From the NCBI GenBank assembly GCA_977020255.1, contig CDROCS010000253.1, positions 1,302,001 through 1,366,000 of the forward strand: 64,000 bases of DNA. Reading direction: 5' to 3'. Shown here in pieces: positions 10,296 to 21,889 of the stretch. The notes under the pieces were generated by a model, which searched no databases, was not told where the DNA came from, and saw only the letters and a program-made list of their open reading frames with translations. The DNA comes from Obrimoposthia wandeli (lineage: Eukaryota). The position numbers were made by a program, and so were the translations under genes. The stretch's first letter is position 1, and each line of letters opens with the position of its first letter.

Positions 10296-11444
10296 TTAAT
10301 CTTGCGCGCTTGCATCAGCAGCTACTGCTTTATTTTTTTCTTTGGTAATTTCTTTAGCAAGGTATACTTTCATGCCTGGAAACAATTTGAATGCGCCTTT
10401 ATTGGCAATAAGTTGTCCTGCTTCTACACCAGCAAGAATCATCACTTGCTCACCTTGCCGCTCACCCAACTCAACAGGAACTTGTTTAGCACGATAGCTA
10501 CCTGCTCCATCAGCTTCTAAAACAAAAACATAATTGCCTAATGCATCACGTTTTATCGCTAAATCAGGTACAACAGTAAGCGTTGCTTTATTCGCTATAG
10601 GCACAATCACCGACACCAAGGTATTTGGTTTTAATGCTAATGTTGCAGAGGGCAATTGCGCGCGATATTTTAAGTGACGTGAAAGACGAGATAACTGTGG
10701 GTTGATAGCTATAATTTTTGCATCAAACACTGAATCTTGACTGATAGGACTAATTTTTACCGTCGATGCTAAATCAAGCTCTTGGTAAAGCTGTGGTAGA
10801 TTAAAGTCAATCCAAGTGAAATCATTAACCCCGACAAGCTCAAGTACCTGACTATTTTTATCTAAATATTGACCAACTTCTAGAGTATGAATACTTACTT
10901 TTGCGGTAAATGGCGCAGTTAATGTTTTTTTATCGATAGCGGTGGTAATTACCGTGATCTCAGCTTGGGCTATTTGTACTGCAGCGCGTGCTTCATCAAC
11001 TTTGTCTTCACTAATACCGCGATTTTTTTGCAGTTCAATATTACGATTTAGCGTTTGCTGGCGTAATACTAATGTTGCTTTAGCAGCCATTAAACGAGCA
11101 TCTTCGTCACGATGATCTAATTCAAGTAACATCTGACCTTTTTTAACAACTTGTCCAGACACTGCATTTAAACGGGTGATTGCACCAGCGAGTTCGTTGT
11201 TGAGCATTAAAAATTTGAATGCTTGTACTTCGCCGCTGACTTGAATACTTTTTTGGTAGCTCATATTAGCTACTTTCACTGCGGTGACTGTTGCCGCCAT
11301 CTCAGGCATACTGGCTGCTTGGTCATTCGCCGCTTGTTGTAACGATGATTTGTAGCTGTGTAAGCCAAAAATGGTGCCGGCTAATATTATAATCACTAAA
11401 AGCCATTTAGTTATGTTCATGATTGTTCCTTGATTTTTATTCAA
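10296..11444 (-). CDS. RND efflux periplasmic adaptor (membrane fusion protein)
   Basis: N-terminal anchor, lipoyl halves (G.I..L....GQVVKKGQ.L; LTAPF), adjacent to RND gene. Confidence 0.92.
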   Translation of the reverse strand: MNKNQGTIMNITKWLLVIIILAGTIFGLHSYKSSLQQAANDQAASMPEMAATVTAVKVANMSYQKSIQVSGEVQAFKFLMLNNELAGAITRLNAVSGQVVKKGQMLLELDHRDEDARLMAAKATLVLRQQTLNRNIELQKNRGISEDKVDEARAAVQIAQAEITVITTAIDKKTLTAPFTAKVSIHTLEVGQYLDKNSQVLELVGVNDFTWIDFNLPQLYQELDLASTVKISPISQDSVFDAKIIAINPQLSRLSRHLKYRAQLPSATLALKPNTLVSVIVPIANKATLTVVPDLAIKRDALGNYVFVLEADGAGSYRAKQVPVELGERQGEQVMILAGVEAGQLIANKGAFKLFPGMKVYLAKEITKEKNKAVAADASAQD

Positions 11445-11538
11445 ATACTTAAATGCTATGTTTAAGTGATTTTGTGTTTGTCAGCTGTACCGATTTTATT
11501 TTCTTAGTTGTAGTAAATAAATGCGGACTCTTTGTTTG

Positions 11539-12273
11539 TTACCTAAGCTCTGCGCCTACCAAATGCAGGCAGACTTTTTCAATATCTTCATCGGCAATTT
11601 TTTGTTGCCAGTCGTACGAGTTCACTAAACGCTTCATAGTAAGAATGTGTGCATTATCTGTGGCTAGCACCAGCGATTTATTTTCATTACCTTCATCGGT
11701 ATTTTCATCAAGGCCATTGTGCCAACATTGATGCAAGCGTACCGTTTGAAAGTAACCAACGGATAGCGACCAAGTGCCTAAGTTTATTTCTTCAATATCT
11801 CGGCTACCTGAGATTAATTCACCAGAATCAGCCGCGGTTTGCAAAAGTTGTTGAAACATCGTTTGACATCGTTCTCCGCACGCCTTCATTTGCGTTAACC
11901 AACGCTCCGAGCATCGCTTCATCATCGCCTCGGTATTAACAATACTTTCGAGCTGATTATCAAAGTTATACATTTGAGCTTTAGAAAAATCTAACAAGCT
12001 CGTTGCTAGAATGCGCTCTGGTGTTGTTAAGGGTAAAGCGTGTACTTTTTTGAAAACTGATTGACGCTCTTGATACATGCGAGTAGCTAAGGCAATAAGA
12101 ACATCTTCTTTACATTGTACAAACTTGTAAACGGATCCCATAGACAGACCGGCTAATTTGGCAATAGTTGACATAGAAAAGTCTAATAAACTACTTTCTT
12201 CAATTGCCTTAATTGCCGCACATATGATTAATCTTTCTTGTTCTTCTGCACTAAATCGTGGAGCTGGAGCCAT
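11539..12273 (-). CDS. TetR/AcrR family regulator
   Basis: HTH SMSTIAKLAGLSMGSVYKFVQCKEDVL; co-oriented upstream of MFP-RND. Confidence 0.9.
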   Translation of the reverse strand: MAPAPRFSAEEQERLIICAAIKAIEESSLLDFSMSTIAKLAGLSMGSVYKFVQCKEDVLIALATRMYQERQSVFKKVHALPLTTPERILATSLLDFSKAQMYNFDNQLESIVNTEAMMKRCSERWLTQMKACGERCQTMFQQLLQTAADSGELISGSRDIEEINLGTWSLSVGYFQTVRLHQCWHNGLDENTDEGNENKSLVLATDNAHILTMKRLVNSYDWQQKIADEDIEKVCLHLVGAELR

Positions 12274-12303
12274 GCGTAACCTATGTTAGACCTATTAAAA
12301 ATA

Positions 12304-12326
12304 TCATTCGAATACTGTTCGAATGA
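12304..12326. promoter_or_regulatory. Candidate TetR operator palindrome
   Basis: TCATTCGAA-TACTG-TTCGAATGA, about 30 bp upstream of the TetR start codon. Confidence 0.55.
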
Positions 12327-12494
12327 AGTTGAGTGTCATCTTAACTTACTTTTTGTTAAGTTCAAGTACAAAATTATTCTGGGTATCTTATTGCTGTTTG
12401 CAGTTGAAATGTTTGTTCTAATCGGAATCAGTTTAAGATCTCATACCATTCAAAGCGTAAACCATGCAATTTTTTATGGGATAGGGTGACTAAT

Positions 12495-12953
12495 TTAGCT
12501 AATGTTTTTAGTCATAAAAGCACTGTAGGGATTTTCTTGATAATTAGCAAAAGGCTGGCAAACTTGAAAGCCAAGCTGTTGGTATAGTCTTTGTGCGGGT
12601 AAAAACGCGACCATAGTACCCGTTTCTAAGCTTAGTTTTTGGTAGCCAAGGCTAGTTGCTTGGCTGATTATATGTTCCAAGAGTCGTTTAGCCACGCCTT
12701 GGCGTAAAAAGTGTCGTGAAGTTCGCATAGACTTAATTTCACCATGAGTGCCGTTTAATTCTTTTAAGGCACCACATCCGGCCAGCTCGTTATTTTGCCA
12801 AACACTCCAGAAGGTAATGCCTTCTTGTGCTAGTGCGGATAAATCGAGTGCATGCACACTTTCTGGCGGTGAGTGTAACAACATATCTTGATGGTGTTCT
12901 TCTAACAGCGTTATAACTGCAGGGTGTGTTAGTGAACCTATACAAATTTCCAT
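12495..12953 (-). CDS. GNAT N-acetyltransferase (YedL-like)
   Basis: SPPESVHALD, GEIKSMRT, RQGVA, LETG. Confidence 0.88.
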   Translation of the reverse strand: MEICIGSLTHPAVITLLEEHHQDMLLHSPPESVHALDLSALAQEGITFWSVWQNNELAGCGALKELNGTHGEIKSMRTSRHFLRQGVAKRLLEHIISQATSLGYQKLSLETGTMVAFLPAQRLYQQLGFQVCQPFANYQENPYSAFMTKNIS

Positions 12954-13049
12954 GATTACCTTGTATACTAACTTGAAAGGAATGCTCTTGTGGCCAAGCG
13001 CATTCCTTATACCAATAAATTATTCTGTTTGGTCTTAGAGATAAGCGCT

Positions 13050-13442
13050 TTATTTTCGGTTTTGTTTCTTAGTTTCTTTTAGTAAGGCTTCTTCAAATTC
13101 TTCAGGAAATAACACTAAACCTTCATTATCTTGATTCGGAAAAGTAACCAAAGCGAGTTCATCATCAACTAAGCCAGTACTCCAGTGGCTGTACCATTTA
13201 CTTAATGAGATAGCCTCTGCCTTGCAATGTTGCCATTCATCGGTTGCCCAGCGCTGTGCAAACTCTTCGTTTGGCCATACAGGTACGCAATCTTCCTCTT
13301 CAGTATTTAGCATTACACAGCCATGCTCATCAGCTAATATCCAAATTTCTTTGTTGCTAACTACTTGTTGAAGCAAGTAGCTTAAGCGCTTTTCTTCATC
13401 GTATTTTTCTATGGTATTAAGTTGTTCGCTGCTGATTGACAT
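13050..13442 (-). CDS. DUF2750 family protein
   Basis: EIWIL...G, VPVWPNEEFAQRWA, ISLSKW pattern; 130 aa. Confidence 0.75.
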   Translation of the reverse strand: MSISSEQLNTIEKYDEEKRLSYLLQQVVSNKEIWILADEHGCVMLNTEEEDCVPVWPNEEFAQRWATDEWQHCKAEAISLSKWYSHWSTGLVDDELALVTFPNQDNEGLVLFPEEFEEALLKETKKQNRK

Positions 13443-13602
13443 AGTTGCCTAGGAGGTTTGTATAGATGGCTAATATTTTACCGTGTTAGGGCTGAGCAAA
13501 CAACTTGATTGTATATGTTTAATATCTTGTCAGGTGTGGGTAAAAAGTGATTACAGCACGGGTAGGTAATTGGCTAATATCATGTTAATGACAAAAATTA
13601 GA

Positions 13603-13726
13603 CAAAAAAAACCGATAGCAAAGCCATCGGTGAGTTAGCTATGAGGAAAGCTAAAATATTCAATTATTACAACAAGCGTTCGCATTAGGGAACGAGATAA
13701 GTATAGAGTAGATGCTCTATACAGGC
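13603..13726 (-). ncRNA. Candidate orphan small RNA with four hairpins and an intrinsic terminator
   Basis: Minus-strand terminator ACCGAUGGC-UUU-GCUAUCGGU + U8 with no CDS ending upstream; three further hairpins; TACAAT -10 at 13740-13735. Confidence 0.55.
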
Positions 13727-13934
13727 AAGCTTAAATTGTAGTTTTATTTCATTTGTGTTGCTTTATTACATCTATTTTATTCTATATAAATGACTTTTAA
13801 GTGTTTATTGCTGATTTATGACACGTTTGCTTTAGTTAGATCAATAAAAAATCAGTAGGGTATTTGGTGATTTAGCATGCATACAGTAAACTATCGGTAA
13901 TTATAGTTTTAATATTGCTTTAAGTGAAAATATC

Positions 13935-14762
13935 ATGTCTCCCACAGATCAAAATTCTCAAGCCAATGACTTACCAAAAACCCCACAAGCGCCAGTCGAT
14001 GCGGATACTTCAGTTGAGAGTAATAGTACGACGCATTTTGGTTATAAAACCATAGAGAAAGATGACAAAATTTCTATGGTGGCAGGGGTATTTCACTCGG
14101 TTGCTAAGCAATATGATGTGATGAATGATTTAATGTCATTTGGTATTCATCGTTTGTGGAAACGTTTTACTATTGATGCCAGTGGCGTACGTCCAGGTAA
14201 TAAAGTATTGGATCTAGCGGGTGGCACGGGCGATTTAACCGCTAAGTTTTCTAAATTAGTTGGTCGAGAAGGTCAAGTTGTTTTAGCGGACATTAACAGC
14301 TCAATGTTAAATGTCGGTCGTGATAAATTACGTGATAAAGGTTTAGTGCAAAATATAGAATATGTGCAAGCAAATGCTGAATATCTACCTTTTGAAGAGA
14401 ATACTTTTGATATTGTCACCATTGCCTTTGGCTTACGTAATGTAACGGATAAAGATAAAGCCTTGCGCTCAATTTATTCAGTCTTAAAGCCAGGTGGACG
14501 TTTACTTGTTTTAGAGTTTTCAAAACCAGAACATGAGTTATTGAATAAAGCCTATGATTTCTATTCATTCAATATATTGCCTAAAATGGGCGAACTGGTA
14601 GCAAAAGACGGTGAAAGTTATCAATACTTGGCCGAATCAATTCGCATGCACCCTGATCAAGAAACATTAAAAGGTATGATGGAAAATGCCGGCTTTGAAC
14701 AAACGAGTTTTAAAAACTTAACTGGCGGGGTTGTTGCCTTACACAAAGGTTATAAGTTTTAA
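13935..14762 (+). CDS. ubiE: Ubiquinone/menaquinone C-methyltransferase
   Basis: [40 protein letters not shown]. Confidence 0.97.
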   Translation: MSPTDQNSQANDLPKTPQAPVDADTSVESNSTTHFGYKTIEKDDKISMVAGVFHSVAKQYDVMNDLMSFGIHRLWKRFTIDASGVRPGNKVLDLAGGTGDLTAKFSKLVGREGQVVLADINSSMLNVGRDKLRDKGLVQNIEYVQANAEYLPFEENTFDIVTIAFGLRNVTDKDKALRSIYSVLKPGGRLLVLEFSKPEHELLNKAYDFYSFNILPKMGELVAKDGESYQYLAESIRMHPDQETLKGMMENAGFEQTSFKNLTGGVVALHKGYKF

Positions 14763-14764
14763 CC

Positions 14765-15496
14765 ATGAAAGCTTTTAATAACCAGGCCGTTACTCAATTA
14801 AGTAGTCAGCTAAGTAGTCAATTCAGTAATCAACGAACTACTCAGTTAAGCACCAAGTTGAGTGACAGTCTATTATTACCACAAATGGCAACGGCAACAC
14901 TTGAGTTGATTATTAATAAAGCGTTAAGCTTAAATAATAAATCACTCTCTTTTGCTGCGATAGCACACAAAACGTTAACGCTTGAGTTGGCAGAACTGCC
15001 CTTCCTGCTATGTTTTACTGTTGATAATAGCGCTAACCCAGTTGGTATCATTGTCAGATCTAATACTGAAAGCAGTGATTGCACCATAAAAACGAGCATA
15101 AAGACCCTTGAAAAATTAAAAGCTAAGCAGTCTCTGACGCAATTAATTAAACAAGATGAGCTTGATGTTAGTGGTGATATTAAAATAGCGCAACAATTTG
15201 CCAACATCGCACAATCACTGGAAATAGATTGGCAAACAGAGCTTGCTAAACATCTTGGTGATGTACCTACTCATAAACTTTTACAGTTTGGTAATAAAAT
15301 TACCAAATCGCTTATGGCTACAGGTAAGCAACTTGAAGCGGATGTTAGCGAGTATCTTGTCCATGAAAAACGTTTAGTAGTAACAAGTAGTCAAATAAAT
15401 GCTTTTAACCAACAAACTAAAGACGTTGCGAGTAAGGTTGATAGCTTGTCTGCGCGCATCGATAAACTTGTTACCGATATAGCAGACGAACAGTAA
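14765..15496 (+). CDS. ubiJ: Ubiquinone biosynthesis accessory factor (SCP2 domain)
   Basis: Lies between ubiE and ubiB; EIDWQTELAKHLGDV, EYLVHE. Confidence 0.88.
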   Translation: MKAFNNQAVTQLSSQLSSQFSNQRTTQLSTKLSDSLLLPQMATATLELIINKALSLNNKSLSFAAIAHKTLTLELAELPFLLCFTVDNSANPVGIIVRSNTESSDCTIKTSIKTLEKLKAKQSLTQLIKQDELDVSGDIKIAQQFANIAQSLEIDWQTELAKHLGDVPTHKLLQFGNKITKSLMATGKQLEADVSEYLVHEKRLVVTSSQINAFNQQTKDVASKVDSLSARIDKLVTDIADEQ

Positions 15497-15565
15497 AAAT
15501 TTAGTTAGCGAAGACTATTAATAACGCTAACTAGCACTAATAAAATATAGGAAATAATAACCGCC

Positions 15566-17134
15566 GTGAGTAGCCAACGTCTTTATCAAATAGTTAAAAC
15601 TTTCTTGAATTTCGGTTTAGACGAAATGGTACCAGCGAGACTGTTGCCTTGGTATGCAAAAGCCGGTAGACAAAGCTTATTTTGGTTGAGAAATAAACAT
15701 AAAGATAAAAGCCCAGAACAACGTTTTCGTTTAGCCATAGAGGTGTTAGGGCCTGTTTTTATTAAGTTTGGCCAAATGTTATCAACCAGACGTGATTTAC
15801 TGCCACCTGAGTTAGCCGATGAACTCGCTTTATTACAAGATAAAGTCACCCCATTTGATGGTGAGCAAGCAAAAGATATTATTGTTGCAGCGATGGGCGC
15901 AGATATTTTTGAACAGCACTTTAAAGACTTTGACCTTACTCCTTTAGCATCAGCTTCTATCGCGCAAGTTCATACCGCTACATTACTTATCGCTGAGCAA
16001 GAGAAAGATATTGTTATTAAGGTATTACGACCTAATATCAGTAAAACAATTTTAGCCGACATTAAAGTGATGTCACTGTTTGCTGGCATCGTCGCGCGTT
16101 GGTTACCTGATGGTAAGCGCTTACGACCAAAAGATGTGGTCGAAGAATATCGAAAAACCATTTTAGATGAATTAGATCTTAATCGTGAAGCAGCCAATGC
16201 TATCCAATTAAAGCGTAATTTTGAACAAGGAAGCGAGTACGATAAAGCACTTTACGTACCTGAAGTTCATAGTGAATATAGCTTTGAAAATGTTATGGTC
16301 ATGGAACGTATTTATGGCATCGGTGTGGGTGAGGTAGATACCCTTAACGAGCTTGGCGTGAATATGAAATTATTGGCTGAACGCGGCGTAGAGGTGTTTT
16401 TCACCCAAGTATTTCGTGATAGTTTCTTTCATGCAGATATGCATCCGGGTAATGTTTTTGTTGATGCGACTAATCCTACTGATCCTACTTGGATTGCTAT
16501 TGATTGCGGTATTGTTGGTACCTTAAATCGAGAAGATAAACGTTACTTAGCCGAAAATTTTGTTGCCTTTTTTAACCGTGACTATCGAAAAGTTGCGCAA
16601 CTGCACGTCGATTCAGGTTGGGTGCCAGCCAATACCAGCGTTGATGAATTTGAGTTTGCTATTCGCACCGTTTGTGAACCTATCTTTAACAAACCACTGT
16701 CAGAGATATCTTTTGGCCAAGTCTTGGTGAACCTATTTAATACCGCGCGTCGCTTTAATATGGAAGTGCAACCGCAGCTGGTATTGTTGCAAAAAACCTT
16801 GTTGTATATTGAAGGTTTAGGTCGTCAGTTGTATCCGCAGTTGGACTTATGGCAAACTGCCAAACCCTTTTTAGAAAATTGGGTGAAAGAGCAAATGGGC
16901 GTTAAAGCCGTCTTTAGTAAAATTAAAGCCAACTTACCTTTTTGGAATGAAAAACTGCCTGAAATGCCGGATTTAATTTACGACTATTTAAAAACGAGTC
17001 GTGAAAACCAGCATCAGCAAACGCAATTAATGCAAGTTATGTTGGCGAGTCAAAGCAAAAACAATCAACGAATCATCTATAGCATTGTTGCCGCTGCCAT
17101 GATCATTGCTGGCGCTATTCTTTTAAGCCACTAG
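15566..17134 (+). CDS. ubiB: Ubiquinone biosynthesis ABC1 atypical kinase
   Basis: [37 protein letters not shown]; GTG start. Confidence 0.97.
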   Translation: MSSQRLYQIVKTFLNFGLDEMVPARLLPWYAKAGRQSLFWLRNKHKDKSPEQRFRLAIEVLGPVFIKFGQMLSTRRDLLPPELADELALLQDKVTPFDGEQAKDIIVAAMGADIFEQHFKDFDLTPLASASIAQVHTATLLIAEQEKDIVIKVLRPNISKTILADIKVMSLFAGIVARWLPDGKRLRPKDVVEEYRKTILDELDLNREAANAIQLKRNFEQGSEYDKALYVPEVHSEYSFENVMVMERIYGIGVGEVDTLNELGVNMKLLAERGVEVFFTQVFRDSFFHADMHPGNVFVDATNPTDPTWIAIDCGIVGTLNREDKRYLAENFVAFFNRDYRKVAQLHVDSGWVPANTSVDEFEFAIRTVCEPIFNKPLSEISFGQVLVNLFNTARRFNMEVQPQLVLLQKTLLYIEGLGRQLYPQLDLWQTAKPFLENWVKEQMGVKAVFSKIKANLPFWNEKLPEMPDLIYDYLKTSRENQHQQTQLMQVMLASQSKNNQRIIYSIVAAAMIIAGAILLSH

Positions 17135-17222
17135 AATTTTATTACTAGTGGCTGGTTCGTCTTAAGCGGGTCATCGTGCTTAAAGAGCAATCAAATTTAA
17201 ATAGTTTACGTTTAGGTGTGGA

Positions 17223-19256
17223 CTATTTTTTAGCTTCTTTAGCTTTAGCTAGCTGAGCGCGTAACCCAGCCATGCCTTGCTTATTTGATTGCTCAACATG
17301 CTCAACCGTTTTTTTCTTCGCCGCACCTAATTCCCAATTTAAATCATCTTGGGGTAATTCATGTAGGAATCGGCTTGCTTCAGTACGAGACAATTCACCA
17401 AACTGTCGGCGCTCTCTCGCGTAAGTGAATATTAACTCACGTTGAGCGCGGGTAATACCTACATAAGCAAGGCGGCGTTCTTCTTCAACACTGCCTTCAT
17501 CAATACTGGTTTGATGGGGTAATAAACCTTCTTCCATACCAATTAAGAATACATAAGGAAACTCTAGGCCTTTAGAAGCGTGCAGTGTCATCAATTGAAC
17601 TTGATCGTTACTGTCTTCCTCTTCATTGCGTTCCATCATGTCGCGTAAGGTTAAACGCGTAACAATTTGCGGTAAGGTCATCGGCTCTTCGTCATCACTA
17701 CCTTCAAGCATTTGGGTAACCCAGCTGAAGAGTTCGGTGACATTTTTCATACGCATCTCGGCCGCTTTAGCACTCATCGAGGTATCGTATAGGAAGTCTT
17801 CATAATTAATTTGACGGATCATAGAACGTAATACTGCGGCAGTATCACCGCGTTCAGCCTGATCAGCAATATCAACCACCCATTGGGTGAATGCTTGCAT
17901 CTTCATTAAGCTGCGACCCGTTAAGGTTTGTTCTAAGCCAAGTTCAAAACTGGCCGCAAACATACTAATTTGGCGCATGTTAGCGTAAGTGCCTAATTTT
18001 TCTAAGGTAGCAGGCCCTAATTCACGTTTAGGCACATTAACAATACGTAAAAACGCATTATCATCATCAGGGTTAACCAGTACGCGTAAATAGGCCATGA
18101 CATCTTTTATTTCTGGACGGGAGAAAAACGACGTGCCACCACTGATTTTATACGGAATACGGTTTTGCATCAGTGCTTTTTCAAGCAAACGAGATTGGTG
18201 ATTACCACGATAAAGTACCGCGTAATCTTTGTATTGGCTGCGGTTCATAAAGCGATGACCAATTAACTCGCCAATAACACGCTCAATTTCATTCTCTTCA
18301 TTTTTCGCTTGGATAACTCTGAGTTCAACGCCGTAGGCAAGTTCACTAAATAACGCTTTGTCATAAACATGCGGGTTATTGGCAATCAGTACGTTGGCAC
18401 ATTTTAAGATACGACCACTAGAGCGATAATTTTGCTCCAGTTTAATCAATTTTAGATCGGGGAAGTCTTTACCAAGTAATATTAAATTTTCTGGTTTAGC
18501 GCCACGCCATGAATAAATAGATTGATCGTCATCACCTACTACGGTTAGGCGACCACGATCGCCGGCAATATTTTTCACTAATTCGTATTGGCTCGCGTTA
18601 GTATCTTGGTATTCATCCACCAATAAATAACGAATTTTGCTCTGCCAACGCTCACGCACTTCAGGATAGTTTTTCATTAACAGCGTAGGAATAAGAATGA
18701 GATCATCAAAATCCAAGGCATTATAGGCTTTCATGTGTTTATGATAGCGCTGATAAAATTCTGCATATTCACTGCTGTCTGCATCATTGGCTGCTTTTAG
18801 AGCATCATCAGGTAAGAATAAATCATTTTTCCAATTGGAAATTTTACTTTGCAATTTACTGAGTAAATCTTTATCGCCATCAAGTTCATCAAGGGTTAAT
18901 TCTTTCAGTAATGCGAGCGAGTCTTGATCATCAAATAAAGTGAAACCCGGTTTGTAACCTAGGGTTTTAATTTCGCGACGGACAATATCAAGCCCTAGCG
19001 AGTGAAAGGTAGAAACCGTTAAACCACGGGTAAGCTCACGGCCAAGCATTTTTTGAATACGCTCTTTCATTTCACGTGCTGCTTTATTGGTAAAGGTTAC
19101 CGCGGCAATATTACGTGCTTTGTAATCACATTTTTGAATGAGGTAAGCGATTTTTTGACAAATAACACCGGTTTTACCTGAGCCAGCGCCTGCCAATACG
19201 AGGCATGGGCCACTTACAAATTTTACTGCTTCATTTTGTCCGGGATTTAGTTTCAT
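17223..19256 (-). CDS. rep: ATP-dependent DNA helicase Rep
   Basis: [47 protein letters not shown]. Confidence 0.96.
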   Translation of the reverse strand: MKLNPGQNEAVKFVSGPCLVLAGAGSGKTGVICQKIAYLIQKCDYKARNIAAVTFTNKAAREMKERIQKMLGRELTRGLTVSTFHSLGLDIVRREIKTLGYKPGFTLFDDQDSLALLKELTLDELDGDKDLLSKLQSKISNWKNDLFLPDDALKAANDADSSEYAEFYQRYHKHMKAYNALDFDDLILIPTLLMKNYPEVRERWQSKIRYLLVDEYQDTNASQYELVKNIAGDRGRLTVVGDDDQSIYSWRGAKPENLILLGKDFPDLKLIKLEQNYRSSGRILKCANVLIANNPHVYDKALFSELAYGVELRVIQAKNEENEIERVIGELIGHRFMNRSQYKDYAVLYRGNHQSRLLEKALMQNRIPYKISGGTSFFSRPEIKDVMAYLRVLVNPDDDNAFLRIVNVPKRELGPATLEKLGTYANMRQISMFAASFELGLEQTLTGRSLMKMQAFTQWVVDIADQAERGDTAAVLRSMIRQINYEDFLYDTSMSAKAAEMRMKNVTELFSWVTQMLEGSDDEEPMTLPQIVTRLTLRDMMERNEEEDSNDQVQLMTLHASKGLEFPYVFLIGMEEGLLPHQTSIDEGSVEEERRLAYVGITRAQRELIFTYARERRQFGELSRTEASRFLHELPQDDLNWELGAAKKKTVEHVEQSNKQGMAGLRAQLAKAKEAKK

Positions 19257-19368
19257 TACTTTTTCGCAACTTTATTCGAATAAACGCTCGTGTGGTAGAT
19301 TTTACCTGTTTTTAGTCATGTGCAAAACAGTTACAATGCCTCTAAGTGAAAATCGATGAGAAATTATT

Positions 19369-19620
19369 ATGATCAATGCTAAAAAAATTGAAGAAATTGC
19401 CAAGCAAGTAACAGATTCTATACCGCCTAGCTTAAAAAATATGGCGAGTGATTTTGAAGATAAAGCTAAATCTGTTTTACAAAGTAAATTATCACAACTT
19501 GATGTGGTAACACGCGAAGAGTTTGATGTACAAACGCAAGTGTTGATTAAAACGCGGGCTAAAATATCGGAACTTGAAGCTAAACTAGTTGAACTCGAAG
19601 AAAAAATAGCAGCAAGCTAG
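19369..19620 (+). CDS. ubiK: Ubiquinone biosynthesis accessory factor UbiK (YqiC)
   Basis: LDVVTREEFDVQTQVLIKTR coiled-coil signature. Confidence 0.9.
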   Translation: MINAKKIEEIAKQVTDSIPPSLKNMASDFEDKAKSVLQSKLSQLDVVTREEFDVQTQVLIKTRAKISELEAKLVELEEKIAAS

Positions 19621-19700
19621 GGTCAAGTGCGATCTGTTAAATTATAACCATACAGCTATTCACAAATTCATCCATACAATAACAAGGACGAGAATATTCC

Positions 19701-21113
19701 ATGTCAGCATCTAAAGTTGCCTTAACGTCAGGCCCTTCTAAAATTACCTGTTTCAAAGCTTATGATATCCGCGGAAAATTAGGCGAACAATTAAATACAG
19801 ATGTTGCTTATCGCGTTGGTCGTGCTTTTGCTCAACATACCCAAGCAAAAACCGTGGTAGTGGGTGGTGATATTCGTTTAACCAGTGAAGAGTTAAAGCA
19901 AGCGTTAGCTGAAGGTTTAATGGCTGGTGGCACCAACGTTATTGATTTAGGTTTGGCGGGCACAGAACATATTTACTTCGCGACCAGTCACTTAAAATGC
20001 GACGGTGGTATTGTCGTTACCGCAAGTCATAATCCGATTGATTACAATGGTATGAAGCTGGTACGCGAAAACTCAAAGCCTATTAGTGGTGATACGGGTC
20101 TTTTTGATATTCAAGCGCTTGCTGAGAAAAACGACTTTGTTGATGTTGAAGCAGTAGGTACGCTAACAACGGTTGATATTACTCAACCTTATACCGAACA
20201 CTTATTAACCTATATTGATGATAAAAATATCACCCCGTTGAAGCTGGTAGTAAACGCTGGCAATGGTACTGCAGGCCCTGCGCTTGATGCCATTGAAAGT
20301 GCCTTTAATGCGCTGAAGGTTCCTGTTGAATTTATTAAAGTACATCATCAGCCTGATGGTAGCTTCCCTAACGGTATTCCAAACCCATTACTTATCGAAA
20401 ATCGTGCAGCAACGCGTGATGCGGTAATTAAACATGGTGCTGATATGGGTATTGCTTGGGATGGCGATTTTGACCGTTGTTTCTTGTTTGATGAAAACGG
20501 CGAGTTTATTGAAGGTTATTATATTGTTGGTTTATTAGCCGAGAATTTTTTAAACAAAATTGAAGGCAGTAAAGCAGAAGCAAAAATAATCCATGACCCT
20601 CGCTTAACGTGGAATACTATTGATATTGCTGAAAAAGCAGGTGGTCAAGCCATTCAAAGTAAAACGGGTCATGCTTTTATCAAAGAACGCATGCGTAGCG
20701 AAGATGCTATTTACGGCGGTGAAATGAGTGCTCATCATTATTTCCGCGATTTTTTCTATTGCGATAGCGGTATGATCCCTTGGTTATTAATTGCTGAACT
20801 TGTTTGTTTGCGTAAACAGCCACTTTCTAGTTTAGTAAAAGAGCGTATAGCGGCTTACCCATCATCCGGTGAAATTAATAATACCATTGCCGATCCTAAA
20901 GCCGCTATTGCTCGTGTTTTTGCTTTTTATCAAGGACAAGCACAAGTGATCGATAAAACGGATGGTATTAGTATGGAGTTTGGTAACTGGCGTTTTAATT
21001 TACGTAGCAGTAATACTGAACCAGTGGTTCGTTTAAATGTTGAGTCTAAAGCTGATGTGGCATTAATGAAGGAAAAAACAGCGCAAGTATTAGCTTTGTT
21101 GTTAGCTGAGTAG
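19701..21113 (+). CDS. manB: Phosphomannomutase/phosphoglucomutase (CpsG/ManB)
   Basis: [34 protein letters not shown]. Confidence 0.93.
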   Translation: MSASKVALTSGPSKITCFKAYDIRGKLGEQLNTDVAYRVGRAFAQHTQAKTVVVGGDIRLTSEELKQALAEGLMAGGTNVIDLGLAGTEHIYFATSHLKCDGGIVVTASHNPIDYNGMKLVRENSKPISGDTGLFDIQALAEKNDFVDVEAVGTLTTVDITQPYTEHLLTYIDDKNITPLKLVVNAGNGTAGPALDAIESAFNALKVPVEFIKVHHQPDGSFPNGIPNPLLIENRAATRDAVIKHGADMGIAWDGDFDRCFLFDENGEFIEGYYIVGLLAENFLNKIEGSKAEAKIIHDPRLTWNTIDIAEKAGGQAIQSKTGHAFIKERMRSEDAIYGGEMSAHHYFRDFFYCDSGMIPWLLIAELVCLRKQPLSSLVKERIAAYPSSGEINNTIADPKAAIARVFAFYQGQAQVIDKTDGISMEFGNWRFNLRSSNTEPVVRLNVESKADVALMKEKTAQVLALLLAE

Positions 21114-21122
21114 TCTTCTTTT

Positions 21123-21846
21123 ATGGCTGAGAGCTTAATGACTGTGAGCAACGATTACTCTTATCGCATACTTTCTTTACTGAGTTTATTGACCTATATA
21201 AAACTCAGTATGAAAGCCTGTCTAAAGATAATATGCCTAAGGCGAGGTTATTGAAATTAACCCTGCCTTGGCTAGTTGCGACAGAAAAATATATGCATTT
21301 TGAAAACAGCAAAGTAATTGTGCATTGTTTATATCACACAACTACAGGGCAAGAGCTCGTATTAAAAATTGCTTGGCCTGTGGTTCATAACATTAATAGT
21401 AAGTCGTCTAAGCAGCAGATTACCTCACTCACTAGTTTTTATTCTTCCGTTGCAGAGCCAATATTTTTCATTCCCCCTCTAAGGAAAGTTTACATCAACT
21501 ATTGGCTAATATTGAACAACATCATTAGTGGCATAGTATGCAACTTGGTGCTTTTGAAGAGGGAATAGTTGCACAAGCATTGGTTGAGTACTTTCCTTTT
21601 CAAAGGATATTTTCTAAAACGGATAATGTCTATCAAACAAACATCAGTGATTACGCCAGTTATTATCAACAAAGACCTAGTCAATTACGTAATACGATAA
21701 AAAGACGCGAGAAAAAGCTGACTAGAGCGCATCAATATCGCACCGAAATAATTACCGATATAAACGCCTTTTTCGCTGCATTTACCGTTTATAAAACGAT
21801 TTACCAACAAAGCTGGAAAGGTGATGAGTTTAGCTTCGGTTACTAG
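21123..21846 (+). pseudogene. Broken GNAT-family (CelD/BcsL-like) gene of the exosortase-A/EPS locus
   Basis: One protein can be stitched across frameshifts near 21170 and 21475 and a TAG at 21526; contains QLRNTIKRREKKL...YQQSWKGDE, then is cut off. Confidence 0.65.
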
Positions 21847-21877
21847 TTTAACCGAACTAGTGCTTGAACGTAGCTAA
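21836..21877 (+). pseudogene. Possible C-terminal remnant of an acyl carrier protein (SVTSLTELVLERS*)
   Basis: 13 codons plus TAA directly before hydrolase 2, where an ACP usually sits in XrtA loci; short, so weak. Confidence 0.35.
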
Positions 21878-21889
21878 CCTTTTTTGACT

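Noticed and set aside
12283-12489. 68-aa ORF between tetR and the GNAT gene
   Set aside because: It overlaps the tetR promoter and operator, has no RBS and shows no recognisable features.
13640-13687. 15-codon + strand ORF (MRKAKIFNYYNKRSH)
   Set aside because: It has no RBS, and the structure and terminator polarity point to a minus-strand RNA instead.
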